A stretch of DNA of 64,000 bases from positions 14,460 through 78,459 of the forward strand of contig JAOTVA010000005.1 in assembly GCA_029863645.1 (NCBI GenBank), given 5' to 3'. How positions within the stretch are numbered: position 1 is the first letter of the stretch; every line of letters begins with the position of its first letter. The notes beneath the pieces were generated by a model. The model was not told the origin of the DNA and searched no databases. It saw nothing but the letters and a program-made list of their open reading frames with translations. The DNA is from Gemmatimonadota bacterium (GTDB lineage: Bacteria; Gemmatimonadota; Gemmatimonadetes; Longimicrobiales; Gaopeijiaceae). The translations under genes were made by a program, and so were the position numbers. Shown here piece by piece: positions 11,425-23,819 of this stretch.

Positions 11425-11476
11425 CGGAGCCCGCCGCTTCTACTCGGAGGGCGGTCGGCTGAGCCGGAGTTGGCGT

Positions 11477-12493
11477 CTACGCCCAACCCTCGCTCTCCCG
11501 GAGAAGCTCGCTGATCACATCGCGCGTCGTCCGCCCGTCCGCTTCCGCCTCGAAGTTCAGCACGAGACGGTGCGCCAGCACCGCGGGGGCGACAGCGCGC
11601 ACGTCGTCGTAGGACGGGAGCGGAGCGCCACGAGATGCCGCTCGAGCCTTGGCTCCCAAGACCAAGAACTGGGAAGCTCGCGGCCCGGCGCCCCAAGAAA
11701 CGTACTTGGAGGCGACCGGCGATGCTTCGTCCCCTGGGCGAGTCGACCGTGCCAGGCGCACCGCGAACGAGACCAGCGAAGGCGGGGCCGGAATCCGTCG
11801 AACCAGCCCCTGGATGTCGATCAGCCCCTGGGCGTCAACCACCGGCTGAACATGCGGCTCTTCCTCGCCGGTCGTCCGAGTCGCGATCTCCTCCTCCTCG
11901 CTCTTCGAGGGGTAGTAGATCGGTAGCTCGAGCATGAAGCGATCGAGCTGCGCCTCGGGAAGAGGGTAGGTGCCTTCCTGCTCGATCGGGTTCTGCGTTG
12001 CGAGCACGAAGAACGGCGGAGGAAGTGGGAAGTTCTCTCCCGCCACGGTGACCGCCCGCTCCTGCATCGCCTCGAGGAGAGCGGCCTGCGTCTTGGGCGG
12101 CGTCCGGTTGATCTCGTCGGCGAGCACGATGTTCGCGAAGATCGGACCCTTCTGGAAGCGAAACACCCGCTTGCCCGTGGTCCGGTCCTCTTCGATCACC
12201 TCAGTACCGGTGATATCGGTCGGCATGAGATCCGGCGTGAATTGGATCCGACTGAAGTCGAGGTCCAAGGCCTCGGCCAGAGTCTGCACCAACAGGGTCT
12301 TGGCGAGCCCGGGAACGCCGACCAGAAGGACATGCCCGTTGGCCAACAGCGCGACGAGCAGTTCGTCCACGACGTCGCGTTGGCCGACGATGCGCTTCTC
12401 GACTTGGCCGCGCAGCGCGGCGGTCACCCCGGCCGCTCGGTCGAGGAGCTCGACATCGCGGTCGAGGATGGTCGCTGCTTGTGTGGAGGTCAT
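11477..12493 (-). CDS. MoxR-like AAA+ ATPase
   Basis: 338-aa [27 protein letters not shown] (Walker A), a Walker B region, and the AAA_3/MoxR-typical length and C-terminal lid are present. Confidence 0.9.
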   Translation of the reverse strand: MTSTQAATILDRDVELLDRAAGVTAALRGQVEKRIVGQRDVVDELLVALLANGHVLLVGVPGLAKTLLVQTLAEALDLDFSRIQFTPDLMPTDITGTEVIEEDRTTGKRVFRFQKGPIFANIVLADEINRTPPKTQAALLEAMQERAVTVAGENFPLPPPFFVLATQNPIEQEGTYPLPEAQLDRFMLELPIYYPSKSEEEEIATRTTGEEEPHVQPVVDAQGLIDIQGLVRRIPAPPSLVSFAVRLARSTRPGDEASPVASKYVSWGAGPRASQFLVLGAKARAASRGAPLPSYDDVRAVAPAVLAHRLVLNFEAEADGRTTRDVISELLRESEGWA

Positions 12494-12518
12494 GCCTTGT
12501 CCGGTAGGGATAGCCGCG

Positions 12519-12548
12519 AAGATAGGCGTAAATTTTTCCGCCAGTCAA
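12519..12548 (-). promoter_or_regulatory. Candidate sigma70-type promoter for the moxR operon
   Basis: The minus strand reads TTGACT-N18-TATCTT, ending about 25 nt upstream of the moxR ATG. Confidence 0.3.
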
Positions 12549-12718
12549 GCGCCCGGCCTGCTTCCGAACCGGCCCTGAGGGCCGCTTGCGCTTTTTTTCA
12601 CAAGGGCTAGGTTATCGTTGCTATGGCGGGTATCGCGCCTGATCGGGGGCGGTTCCGCGGTAGCCTGAGGAGTGCGGTTTTGGGCCGTGACCAGAGGGGT
12701 TCGGACCCGCGGGACGTC

Positions 12719-12931
12719 ATGAGAGCTTCGGGCCAGTTCATGGGCCTTGGGCTCAGCTTCGCGCTCGCGGTTCTGCTCTTCCTCGGGCTCGGAGCCTGGG
12801 TCGACTCGAAGCTGGGTACGGCGCCGTTCCTCTTAGTCTTGGGCGCGTTCATCGGGGCAGCCGCAGGCTTCTACAGTCTCTACTACCACATCGTGATCGA
12901 ACCCCGCCAACGAGAGCACGACCCGGAGTGA
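12719..12931 (+). CDS. AtpZ/ATPase_gene1-like small membrane protein (putative F0F1-ATPase accessory subunit)
   Basis: ORF 12623..12931. The two-TM segment MRASGQFMGLGLSFALAVLLFLGLGAWVDSKLGTAPFLLVLGAFIGAAAGFYSLYY is typical of the family, and it sits first in the atp operon. The start (ATG 12719) is uncertain. Confidence 0.6.
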   Translation: MRASGQFMGLGLSFALAVLLFLGLGAWVDSKLGTAPFLLVLGAFIGAAAGFYSLYYHIVIEPRQREHDPE

Positions 12932-13296
12932 GCGCCTCGCTGAGGTACGGTGCCGCTGCCGTTGGGGTCGTAGCGTTGCTCACCCTCGTCCTCTGGCCCT
13001 TTCTGGAGCCCGCGGGCCGGAAGGGCGTTCTGATCGCGGCCGCCGTCGCACTGCCGGTCCAAGTGTCAGCGTTCTCCGTGCTCGTTCACTACCGGGGACG
13101 CACAAACGGCTTCATGGCGGCGTGGGCAGGCGGCATGGCGATTCGCGCCGTGGCGGTCGCCGCAGTCGCGTTCATCGTGATCCGCTCGCAGGCCGAGGGC
13201 GCGATTCCGATGCTCCTGGCGCTCGCGGGATTCTTCTTCGCGCTCCTGCTGATCGAGCCCCTCTACTTTCGCGCCGATTCGACGGAGACCGCGTAG
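12928..13296 (+). CDS. atpI: ATP synthase protein I-like hydrophobic protein
   Basis: 122-aa four-TM ORF. Its GTG start overlaps the upstream stop, and it ends 1 nt before atpB. Position and hydrophobic profile fit AtpI. Confidence 0.55.
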   Translation: MSASLRYGAAAVGVVALLTLVLWPFLEPAGRKGVLIAAAVALPVQVSAFSVLVHYRGRTNGFMAAWAGGMAIRAVAVAAVAFIVIRSQAEGAIPMLLALAGFFFALLLIEPLYFRADSTETA

Positions 13297-14223
13297 ATGA
13301 GCCTGCTCGCACCGTTCAGGGTCCTCCAGGGCGGGGGATCCGCACAGTCGGGCGCTGCCGCCGGAGAGGCGCCGGACCTGCAGGGCATGCTCATGCATCA
13401 CCTGCTCGACGGGAGCGAGATCGAGTTCGAGATCCTCGGCCGTGGCTTCGTGTGGCATCTGCCGCAGTGGGAGCCGGTCCACCTCGGGCCGCTGACGCTC
13501 GACTTTTCGCCAACCAAGCACGTGGTCTTCCTTGTTCTAGCGGCAATCCTCTGCCTCCTGATCTTCATCCCGATCGGCAGGGCCATGAGGGCGAAGTACA
13601 CGGACAAGGCGCCGACCGGGCTCGCGAACGCGATGGAGGCGATGATCCTCTACTTCCGCGACGAAGTCGTGCGCCGCAACATCGGCCATGGGGCAGATGC
13701 TTACACGGGCTACATCCTGACGCTCTTCTTCTTCATCCTGACGATGAACGTTCTGGGGCTCGTTCCGTTCGGGGCGACGGCGACAGGAAACTTCATGGTG
13801 ACGGGCGCGCTGGCATTGGTGACCCTCGGGGTGGTCGAGGTCTCGGGGATGCGCGCGCTGGGCTTCAAGGGCTACATGAGGACGATCTTCTTCGTGCCGC
13901 CCGGGCTGAACCCGGCCATGTCCGTCCTCATGCTGGTCATCCTTACGCCAGTCGAGCTGCTCGGTAAGATCGCGAAGCCATTCGCGTTGATGGTGCGGCT
14001 TTTCGCCAACATGATGGCGGGCCACACGCTGGTGCTTTCTCTCCTCGGGCTCATCTTCATGTTCGCGAGTGCGGGCATGGTGGTCGTGAATGGCGTCGCG
14101 GTCGCGTCTGTTGCCATGGTGACGGCAATCATGATGCTCGAGATCTTCGTGGCGTTTCTGCAGGCGTACATTTTCGCCATGCTGACGGCGGTCTTCATCG
14201 GACTGATCCGTCATGCTCACTAA
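13297..14223 (+). CDS. atpB: F0F1 ATP synthase subunit a
   Basis: 308-aa polytopic ORF with the conserved LMVRLFANMMAGH segment containing the essential Arg. Confidence 0.95.
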   Translation: MSLLAPFRVLQGGGSAQSGAAAGEAPDLQGMLMHHLLDGSEIEFEILGRGFVWHLPQWEPVHLGPLTLDFSPTKHVVFLVLAAILCLLIFIPIGRAMRAKYTDKAPTGLANAMEAMILYFRDEVVRRNIGHGADAYTGYILTLFFFILTMNVLGLVPFGATATGNFMVTGALALVTLGVVEVSGMRALGFKGYMRTIFFVPPGLNPAMSVLMLVILTPVELLGKIAKPFALMVRLFANMMAGHTLVLSLLGLIFMFASAGMVVVNGVAVASVAMVTAIMMLEIFVAFLQAYIFAMLTAVFIGLIRHAH

Positions 14224-14538
<315 letters not shown>

Positions 14539-14558
14539 TCGATCAGGGACACAGGACG

Positions 14559-15158
14559 ATGAGAGCGAGTCGAATTCTGACGACCGCCCTCGTCCTTCTC
14601 GCCTCGGCGCCCAGCTTCGTTTGGGCGCAGGGGGGTGGCGAAGAAGGCGGAGGCAGCCTGTACGACATCAACACGGGCTTGAGCGCGTGGACGCTCGGGG
14701 TCTTCGCGATCCTGGTCTTCGTCTTGGGCAAGTACGCCTGGGGCCCGATCCTGGAGGCTGTGGAGAGCCGGGAGAAGGGGATCCAGTCGGCGTTGGACGA
14801 GGCGGCACAACGAAATGCCGAGGCGGCCAAGCTGCTCGAGGAGCACAAGGCCCAGCTGGCCGACGCGCGACGGCAGGCCAGCGAATTGATTGCCGAGGGT
14901 CGGACCGCGGGAGAGGGCGTCCGTAAGGACATCGAGGAGAAGGCACGGTCCGAAGGCCAGGCGATCATCGAGCGGGCGAGAGTGGAGATCGAGAGGGAGC
15001 GCGACGCGGCGCTGGAGATGCTTCGTAAGGAGTCGGTCGATCTCGCCATCGCTGCGGCGTCTCGCTTGTTGCAGGAGAATCTCGATCAACCCAAGGACCG
15101 CGCGCTGGTCGAGCGGTATCTCAGTGGACTCGGTGATGGTGGGGGCGCACAGGCGTGA
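14559..15158 (+). CDS. atpF: F0F1 ATP synthase subunit b
   Basis: 199-aa ORF with a single N-terminal TM followed by a long charged coiled coil. Operon position supports the call. Confidence 0.9.
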   Translation: MRASRILTTALVLLASAPSFVWAQGGGEEGGGSLYDINTGLSAWTLGVFAILVFVLGKYAWGPILEAVESREKGIQSALDEAAQRNAEAAKLLEEHKAQLADARRQASELIAEGRTAGEGVRKDIEEKARSEGQAIIERARVEIERERDAALEMLRKESVDLAIAAASRLLQENLDQPKDRALVERYLSGLGDGGGAQA

Positions 15159-15724
15159 GAGACGAAACGGTCTCGCGGAACTACGCGGAGACGCTGTTCG
15201 AACTCGCGCGACGAAACAACGCGATTGAGGAGTTCGGGGCTGGCCTCGAAGCGGTCGCCAAGCAGCTGGACGAGGAGCCGAGATTCAGGATGTTCCTCGA
15301 GACGCCGCGAATCGACGACGACGACCGTAAGGCGCTGGTTCGTAAAGTTTTCAGCGATGCCCTGCCGACACTCGTCGTGAACTTCGTGCTCGTCACTATC
15401 GACAAGCGGCGCCAGCGACTCCTGCGCTCGATCTCCAGCGAGTACCAGGCATTGCTCGACGAACACCTGGGCCGCGAACACGTGGACGTGACGTTGGCGC
15501 GGACCCCCGACGAGGCGACGCGAACTGTAATCGCGGAGCGCCTAACCAAGGCATTGGGCAAGAAGGCGATTCCCCACATCCGGGTGAAGCCGGAGATCAT
15601 CGGTGGGCTGATCGTCCGCACGACGGACACGATTTTCGACGGATCGGTACGGCGCCGCCTCGAGGGCATGCGTCGCCGACTGCTCCGCGCGGAGCTGCCT
15701 TCCGGGGCACTCGGCGAGACATAA
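15155..15724 (+). CDS. atpH: F0F1 ATP synthase subunit delta (OSCP)
   Basis: 189-aa ORF between atpF and atpA with a YAETLFELA-type N-terminus typical of delta/OSCP. Confidence 0.9.
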   Translation: MRDETVSRNYAETLFELARRNNAIEEFGAGLEAVAKQLDEEPRFRMFLETPRIDDDDRKALVRKVFSDALPTLVVNFVLVTIDKRRQRLLRSISSEYQALLDEHLGREHVDVTLARTPDEATRTVIAERLTKALGKKAIPHIRVKPEIIGGLIVRTTDTIFDGSVRRRLEGMRRRLLRAELPSGALGET

Positions 15725-15757
15725 TCCGATGCGATTCCAATTGAGGACCGAATAGAG

Positions 15758-17344
<1,587 letters not shown>

Positions 17345-17379
17345 TGCCGATCACCGCGACCGAGTAGAGAGGAGCACAC

Positions 17380-19685
<2,306 letters not shown>

Positions 19686-19686
19686 C

Positions 19687-20004
19687 GTGGCCGGCCCCCT
19701 CAACGTAAGCGTCGTCTCGCCTTCCAAGGTCGTCTTCGACGGCCAGGCTTCGGCCGTGGTCGCGCCCGCATGGGACGGCCAGGTGGGAATCCTACCGGGG
19801 CATGCGCCGATGCTGGCGCTCGTCGGCTCGGGCGTGCTGAGCATCGACCGACCCGGCGGGGGAAGTGATACGTTCCACGTCGCTGGAGGCGTGCTCAAGG
19901 TCGAGCGCGACCAGGTGACGTTGCTCACCGAGTACGCGGGGGACGAGCCGCCCGCGGAGTTACCCGCCGCCGCGATTGTCCACGTGGAGGACGCCGAAGC
20001 GTAG
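19687..20004 (+). CDS. atpC: F0F1 ATP synthase subunit epsilon (short form, beta-sandwich only)
   Basis: 105-aa ORF directly after atpD. The N-terminal beta-sandwich is recognisable (VVSPSKVVFDGQA...GILPGHAPML...). It ends about 20 aa after the sandwich. Confidence 0.85.
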   Translation: MAGPLNVSVVSPSKVVFDGQASAVVAPAWDGQVGILPGHAPMLALVGSGVLSIDRPGGGSDTFHVAGGVLKVERDQVTLLTEYAGDEPPAELPAAAIVHVEDAEA

Positions 20005-20026
20005 GTGCCTCGCGACCGGAGTTCGC

Positions 20027-20845
20027 GTGCGACTGGATCTGCATGTTCATAGCACGGCCTCGGACGGCGCTTGGTCGCCCGAGGCCGTTGTGCGCGGGGC
20101 CGCGGAAGGCGGGCTCGACGTGCTCGCGCTCACCGACCACGACACGATTGCGGGCTTTCCCGCCGCCGAGCGTATCGGCCGGGAGCTCAATGTGCAGGTG
20201 CTTCCCGGCATCGAGGTCAGCTCGACGCATCGAGGTCGTGACGTACATGTCCTGGGGTACTTCGTCGACCCGGAGTCCTCCCCCCTGCTGAAGCATGCCG
20301 ACAGGGCGCTGCGCCGCCGCGAGGAGCGGATGCGCGAGATGTTGGTGCGCCTGGCGGACCAGGGCATTGCCATAGAGTATGCCGGGGTCGAGGAAGCGGC
20401 GGGACCGGACCATGTCGTAATCGGTCGCCCGCACCTGGCCAAGGCGCTCGTAGCCGCGGGCCACGCCTCGTCGGTTCCCGACGCCTTCAACAAGCTGATC
20501 GGCGACGACCATCCAGCCTTCGTGCCGACACACCTTCTGACCCCCGTCGAGGCGGTAGAGCTGGTGGAGGCGGCCGGGGGGGTCTCCATCTGGGCGCACC
20601 CGCCGGGCGATCTGGTGGACTCCCTCCTGCCGGACTTGATCGAGGCCGGGCTGGGCGGGCTGGAGGTGTACCGGCCACGGCACGGAAAGGCCGAGGTGCT
20701 CCGCTACGAGAACATCTGCCGGTCGTCGGGACTTCTCGTATCCGGCGGATCGGACTGGCACACTCCCGAGGGCGGATACTCGCTCGGCGACTTCTTCGTG
20801 ACCGGCGACGAGGTCGGAGAGCTACTGACTGTCGGGGGCATGTAG
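20027..20845 (+). CDS. PHP-domain metal-dependent phosphoesterase (TrpH/YciV-like)
   Basis: ORF 19976..20845. LDLHVHSTASDG and LTDHDT motifs are present. I chose the start at GTG 20027 to avoid overlap with atpC. Confidence 0.8.
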   Translation: MRLDLHVHSTASDGAWSPEAVVRGAAEGGLDVLALTDHDTIAGFPAAERIGRELNVQVLPGIEVSSTHRGRDVHVLGYFVDPESSPLLKHADRALRRREERMREMLVRLADQGIAIEYAGVEEAAGPDHVVIGRPHLAKALVAAGHASSVPDAFNKLIGDDHPAFVPTHLLTPVEAVELVEAAGGVSIWAHPPGDLVDSLLPDLIEAGLGGLEVYRPRHGKAEVLRYENICRSSGLLVSGGSDWHTPEGGYSLGDFFVTGDEVGELLTVGGM

Positions 20846-20850
20846 GCGGC

Positions 20851-21495
20851 TCAGCCTATCCGCGTCCATGGCTGCAGGAGCGTCCGGACGGCCCGGCCCA
20901 CGTCAGTCGCCCCCATGACCGCCGCGACGACCGCCACGCCCGCGGCTGCGGTCTTCGCGACCTCCGCCGCGCGCCCCGGCGTGATGCCTCCGATGCCGAC
21001 GACCGGGGCGGCGACCGCGCGAGCGACCCGGTCCAGACCCTCTGGCCCCAACACATTACCGGCGTCAGGCTTGGTCGTCGTCTGGTACACCGTACCGCAT
21101 CCGATGTAGTCCGCGCCGTCCGCGACGAGTGCTTCTGCCTCCTTCGGATCGTCCGTCGAGGTCCCGATGAGGAAGTCGCGCGGAACCGCACCGCGAATCG
21201 CCCTCACGGGCAGGTCGTCGGGGCCTACGTGCACGCCGTCGGCCCCCAAGGCGAGCGCCACGTCCACGCGGTCGTTCACGAAGAAGAGCGCTCCGGCGCC
21301 GTGCACGATGGGGAGGAGCTCCCGTCCAGCCTCGAGCAGTGCCCGGGCCGTGGCCGTCTTGTCACGGAGTTGGATCGCCGGCGCTCCGGCTTGGAGGGCG
21401 GCCTCGACGACCTCGACGATGGAGCGCGGCGCGGCCGCCTGGCGGTCCGTGATGACGATCAGTCTGAGCCGGGCCCCGAGCTCGGCGGAGGTCAC
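20851..21495 (-). CDS. thiE: Thiamine-phosphate synthase
   Basis: 214-aa ORF with the TMP-TENI fold pattern (LIVITD..., QLRDK, VGPDD, GGI). Confidence 0.9.
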   Translation of the reverse strand: MTSAELGARLRLIVITDRQAAAPRSIVEVVEAALQAGAPAIQLRDKTATARALLEAGRELLPIVHGAGALFFVNDRVDVALALGADGVHVGPDDLPVRAIRGAVPRDFLIGTSTDDPKEAEALVADGADYIGCGTVYQTTTKPDAGNVLGPEGLDRVARAVAAPVVGIGGITPGRAAEVAKTAAAGVAVVAAVMGATDVGRAVRTLLQPWTRIG

Positions 21496-21496
21496 G

Positions 21497-22489
21497 CTAG
21501 CTCCCGCGTTGGGCCGCGTTCATGCCGCGGATATCGATGCGGGCTTGGTTGTGCTCGGCGAGGGAACGGGTGAAGACGTGGTACCCGTCCGGCCGCGCCA
21601 CGAAGAAGAGGTAGTCGTCGATGGGATTGAGCGCCGCGTCGATGGCGGCCTCGCCAGGCGCGCTGATCGGTCCGGGCGGAAGGCCGCTCTGGCGATACGT
21701 GTTGTACGGGTTGTCTGCCACCGAGTCGATCGCGGCGTAGAGCAGACGCTCGCGGTAGCCACCGAGGGCATAGATCACGGTCGGGTCGGCCTGCAGCAAC
21801 CAGCCGATCTCCAACCGGTTGTGGTACACACCTGCGATCCGCGGCATTTCCTCGGGTCGGCGGGCTTCCGCTTGGACGATGGAGGCGAGCGTGACGAGCT
21901 CCCGCTCGGTCCAGCCGAGCTCTTCGAGTTGCGCCAGTCGCTCAGGCGTCCACACCGCGCGATAGCGCTCGGCCATCGTCTCCAAGATCGTGCTGACCGG
22001 TACGCCTGATGCGAACCGATAGGTGTCGGGAAAGAGATAGCCCTCCACGCCCGGGCCGGGAACGCCGAGCCTCTCGACCAGATCGGACTCGGCAAGGAGC
22101 GCCTGCACGGAAGCGGGGCTGACCCCAGCGGCTTCGGCGATCCGGGGCACCATCTGCTGGACCATGAAGCCTTCCGGGATCGTCATTGGCTCGGTCACGA
22201 CTTCGCCGCGAGTTATGCTTCCCAGCGTCGACGCCCACGAGCTGTTGGTGGCGAGCAGATAGTGGCCGGACTTGATCTTTCGGTCCGCGCGGCGCGCTCG
22301 CGCGTACCACTCGAAGAGCGCGCGGCCCCGAATGACGCCACGGGCCGACAGCGAGTCGGCCACCTGAGACAACGTCGCGCCAGAGGGTATGGTCACCTGG
22401 GTGGGCTCCCCCGGAGGGGGCCCCGACAACGCGATGAGAGCAGCGATTACCGCCGCGACCGCGACAGCCGCCTTCCAGCCCCCGCTCAT
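21497..22489 (-). CDS. mltG: Endolytic murein transglycosylase MltG (YceG family)
   Basis: 330-aa ORF with an N-terminal TM and a YceG domain containing LASIVQAEA and YNTY...GLPPGPI motifs. Confidence 0.9.
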   Translation of the reverse strand: MSGGWKAAVAVAAVIAALIALSGPPPGEPTQVTIPSGATLSQVADSLSARGVIRGRALFEWYARARRADRKIKSGHYLLATNSSWASTLGSITRGEVVTEPMTIPEGFMVQQMVPRIAEAAGVSPASVQALLAESDLVERLGVPGPGVEGYLFPDTYRFASGVPVSTILETMAERYRAVWTPERLAQLEELGWTERELVTLASIVQAEARRPEEMPRIAGVYHNRLEIGWLLQADPTVIYALGGYRERLLYAAIDSVADNPYNTYRQSGLPPGPISAPGEAAIDAALNPIDDYLFFVARPDGYHVFTRSLAEHNQARIDIRGMNAAQRGS

Positions 22490-22914
22490 CGAGCGATTCC
22501 CGGCTCATCGAGCCATGCCTGCAGAATCAGCTGCGCCGCAGCCGCGTCGATGCGCCCTTTGCGCTCACGCTTGTTCTTTGGGAGCCCCATCGAACGGATG
22601 GCTTTTTCGGCGCGCACCGAAGTCAGGCGCTCGTCCACGAACGAGACCGGTACCCCGAGGCGACCGGCGAGCTGCTCCCCGACGGTCCTCACCTGCGCGC
22701 ACCACTCGGTCTCGGTGCCCGCCAGGTCGAGCGGAAGGCCCACGACGACATGCTCCACGGAGAGGTCGCGCCCCAGCTGCTCCATCTTGGCCAAAGGCAC
22801 CCGCTTGCCAGCCCTGCGCTGTAGCGTCTCCAGTGGGGTCGCGACGGTCCCGGTCGGGTCGCTCACGGCGAGCCCGATCCTCTTGAGGCCGAAGTCCACG
22901 CCCAACGCTCGCAC
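22486..22914 (-). CDS. ruvX: Holliday junction resolvase-like nuclease RuvX (YqgF)
   Basis: ORF 22486..23061. The conserved N-terminus LGVDFGLKRIGLAVSD begins at GTG 22914. The upstream 49 codons are Arg-rich and non-homologous. Confidence 0.85.
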   Translation of the reverse strand: MRALGVDFGLKRIGLAVSDPTGTVATPLETLQRRAGKRVPLAKMEQLGRDLSVEHVVVGLPLDLAGTETEWCAQVRTVGEQLAGRLGVPVSFVDERLTSVRAEKAIRSMGLPKNKRERKGRIDAAAAQLILQAWLDEPGIAR

Positions 22915-22940
22915 CAGAATCGGTCTCAGACGCGGCCGCT

Positions 22941-23483
22941 CTAGAGAGCGGCGAGCGCTCCGTCGAGGGCGACGCCGTCGAGGAGGCGTCCGTACAGATC
23001 GTGAATGGCGGCCTCGGACCCGAACGCGAACCGGCACGCATCCTCGCCCCGAGTCCGGCACCCCACCTCGAGCACAGCGACCGGTCCGCCGGCCAGCTCG
23101 GAGAGGAGGCCTGAGAGGAAGCCCGTGCTGAAGAAGCAGCTCGCGTCGGGATCGACGTCCCCTGCGCTCGCCTCGGCCCAGTCACCGCTCGACAAGATGC
23201 CTACGGCCGAATGCGCTGGATCGTGACGAAGGGTCCCCCACCCACGTTGGCGGAAGAAGTCGGCCAAACTGGCCCAGAAGACGTCTTGAGCGAGGGCCGC
23301 AGAGCCATTCTTTCCGACACCGACCAATGAGCCAGCCGCGTCCGTACCGGCCTTGTAGCCCGCGTGGTGGAGCGCATGAACCGCGGGGAGCGTCCCGGCT
23401 TCTTTCGCGAGCTCGGTCCTCAAGGAACCGAAGACCGAGACAGGCACCGCGATCTCTCGCGGGGCTCCACCCTTGCTGTCCAT
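22941..23483 (-). CDS. V4R (4-vinyl reductase-like) domain protein
   Basis: 180-aa ORF. The C-terminal CFFSTGFLSGLLSELAGGPVAVLEVGCRTRGEDACRFAF fits the V4R pattern C..G.l.G....E..C...G...C.F. Confidence 0.55.
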   Translation of the reverse strand: MDSKGGAPREIAVPVSVFGSLRTELAKEAGTLPAVHALHHAGYKAGTDAAGSLVGVGKNGSAALAQDVFWASLADFFRQRGWGTLRHDPAHSAVGILSSGDWAEASAGDVDPDASCFFSTGFLSGLLSELAGGPVAVLEVGCRTRGEDACRFAFGSEAAIHDLYGRLLDGVALDGALAAL

Positions 23484-23561
23484 CCGTCCTCCTGTCTCGT
23501 CGATGCGTCGCCACTTTGGCTAATATAGGTACTAAGGTGTGCGTATCCCCCGGGAGAATCC

Positions 23562-23807
23562 ATGGACTACGATCACGAACGTCAGGTTGCGAACTTCCTA
23601 TCTGGGCTGCTCTTGGGGGCAGTGATCGGCGCCAGTGTCGCGTTGCTGACGGCGCCCCGCCAAGGACGCAAGACACGTAAGCGTCTCAAGCGGGCCGCGG
23701 TGGACATTCGTGGGACCGCCGCGGACCGGCTCGACCGGTTGGCGGACGAGGTAAAGGGAAAGGTCGACGAGGTGGTCCAGGGCGCCCGCGGTCGCTTGCA
23801 GAGCTAG
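23562..23807 (+). CDS. YtxH-domain small membrane-anchored protein
   Basis: 81-aa ORF. The N-terminal hydrophobic helix FLSGLLLGAVIGASVALLTAP is followed by a basic stretch and a charged helical tail, which is the typical YtxH layout. Confidence 0.6.
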   Translation: MDYDHERQVANFLSGLLLGAVIGASVALLTAPRQGRKTRKRLKRAAVDIRGTAADRLDRLADEVKGKVDEVVQGARGRLQS

Positions 23808-23819
23808 GGACCCCGGTCG

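Noticed and set aside
12547-12598. Terminator-like structure (AAGCGC..CGGCC / GGCCG..GCGCTT stem plus T7) between moxR and the atp operon, possibly a tiny sRNA
   Set aside because: No upstream plus-strand gene or convincing promoter exists for it to terminate. The same bases overlap the -35 (TTGACT) of the best moxR promoter candidate on the other strand, and the T/A tract could act as an UP-like element for either divergent promoter. Evidence for an RNA gene is insufficient.
22915-23061. 49-codon N-terminal extension of the ruvX ORF
   Set aside because: It is extremely Arg/Pro-rich, overlaps the 3' end of the upstream V4R gene, and precedes the conserved RuvX N-terminus, which starts at GTG 22914. 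Similar non-coding extensions were trimmed for ORFs 31001..31561, 37642..37806, 40422..40535, 45597..45836, 47268..47339, 51211..51345, 55796..55867 and 56659..56865.
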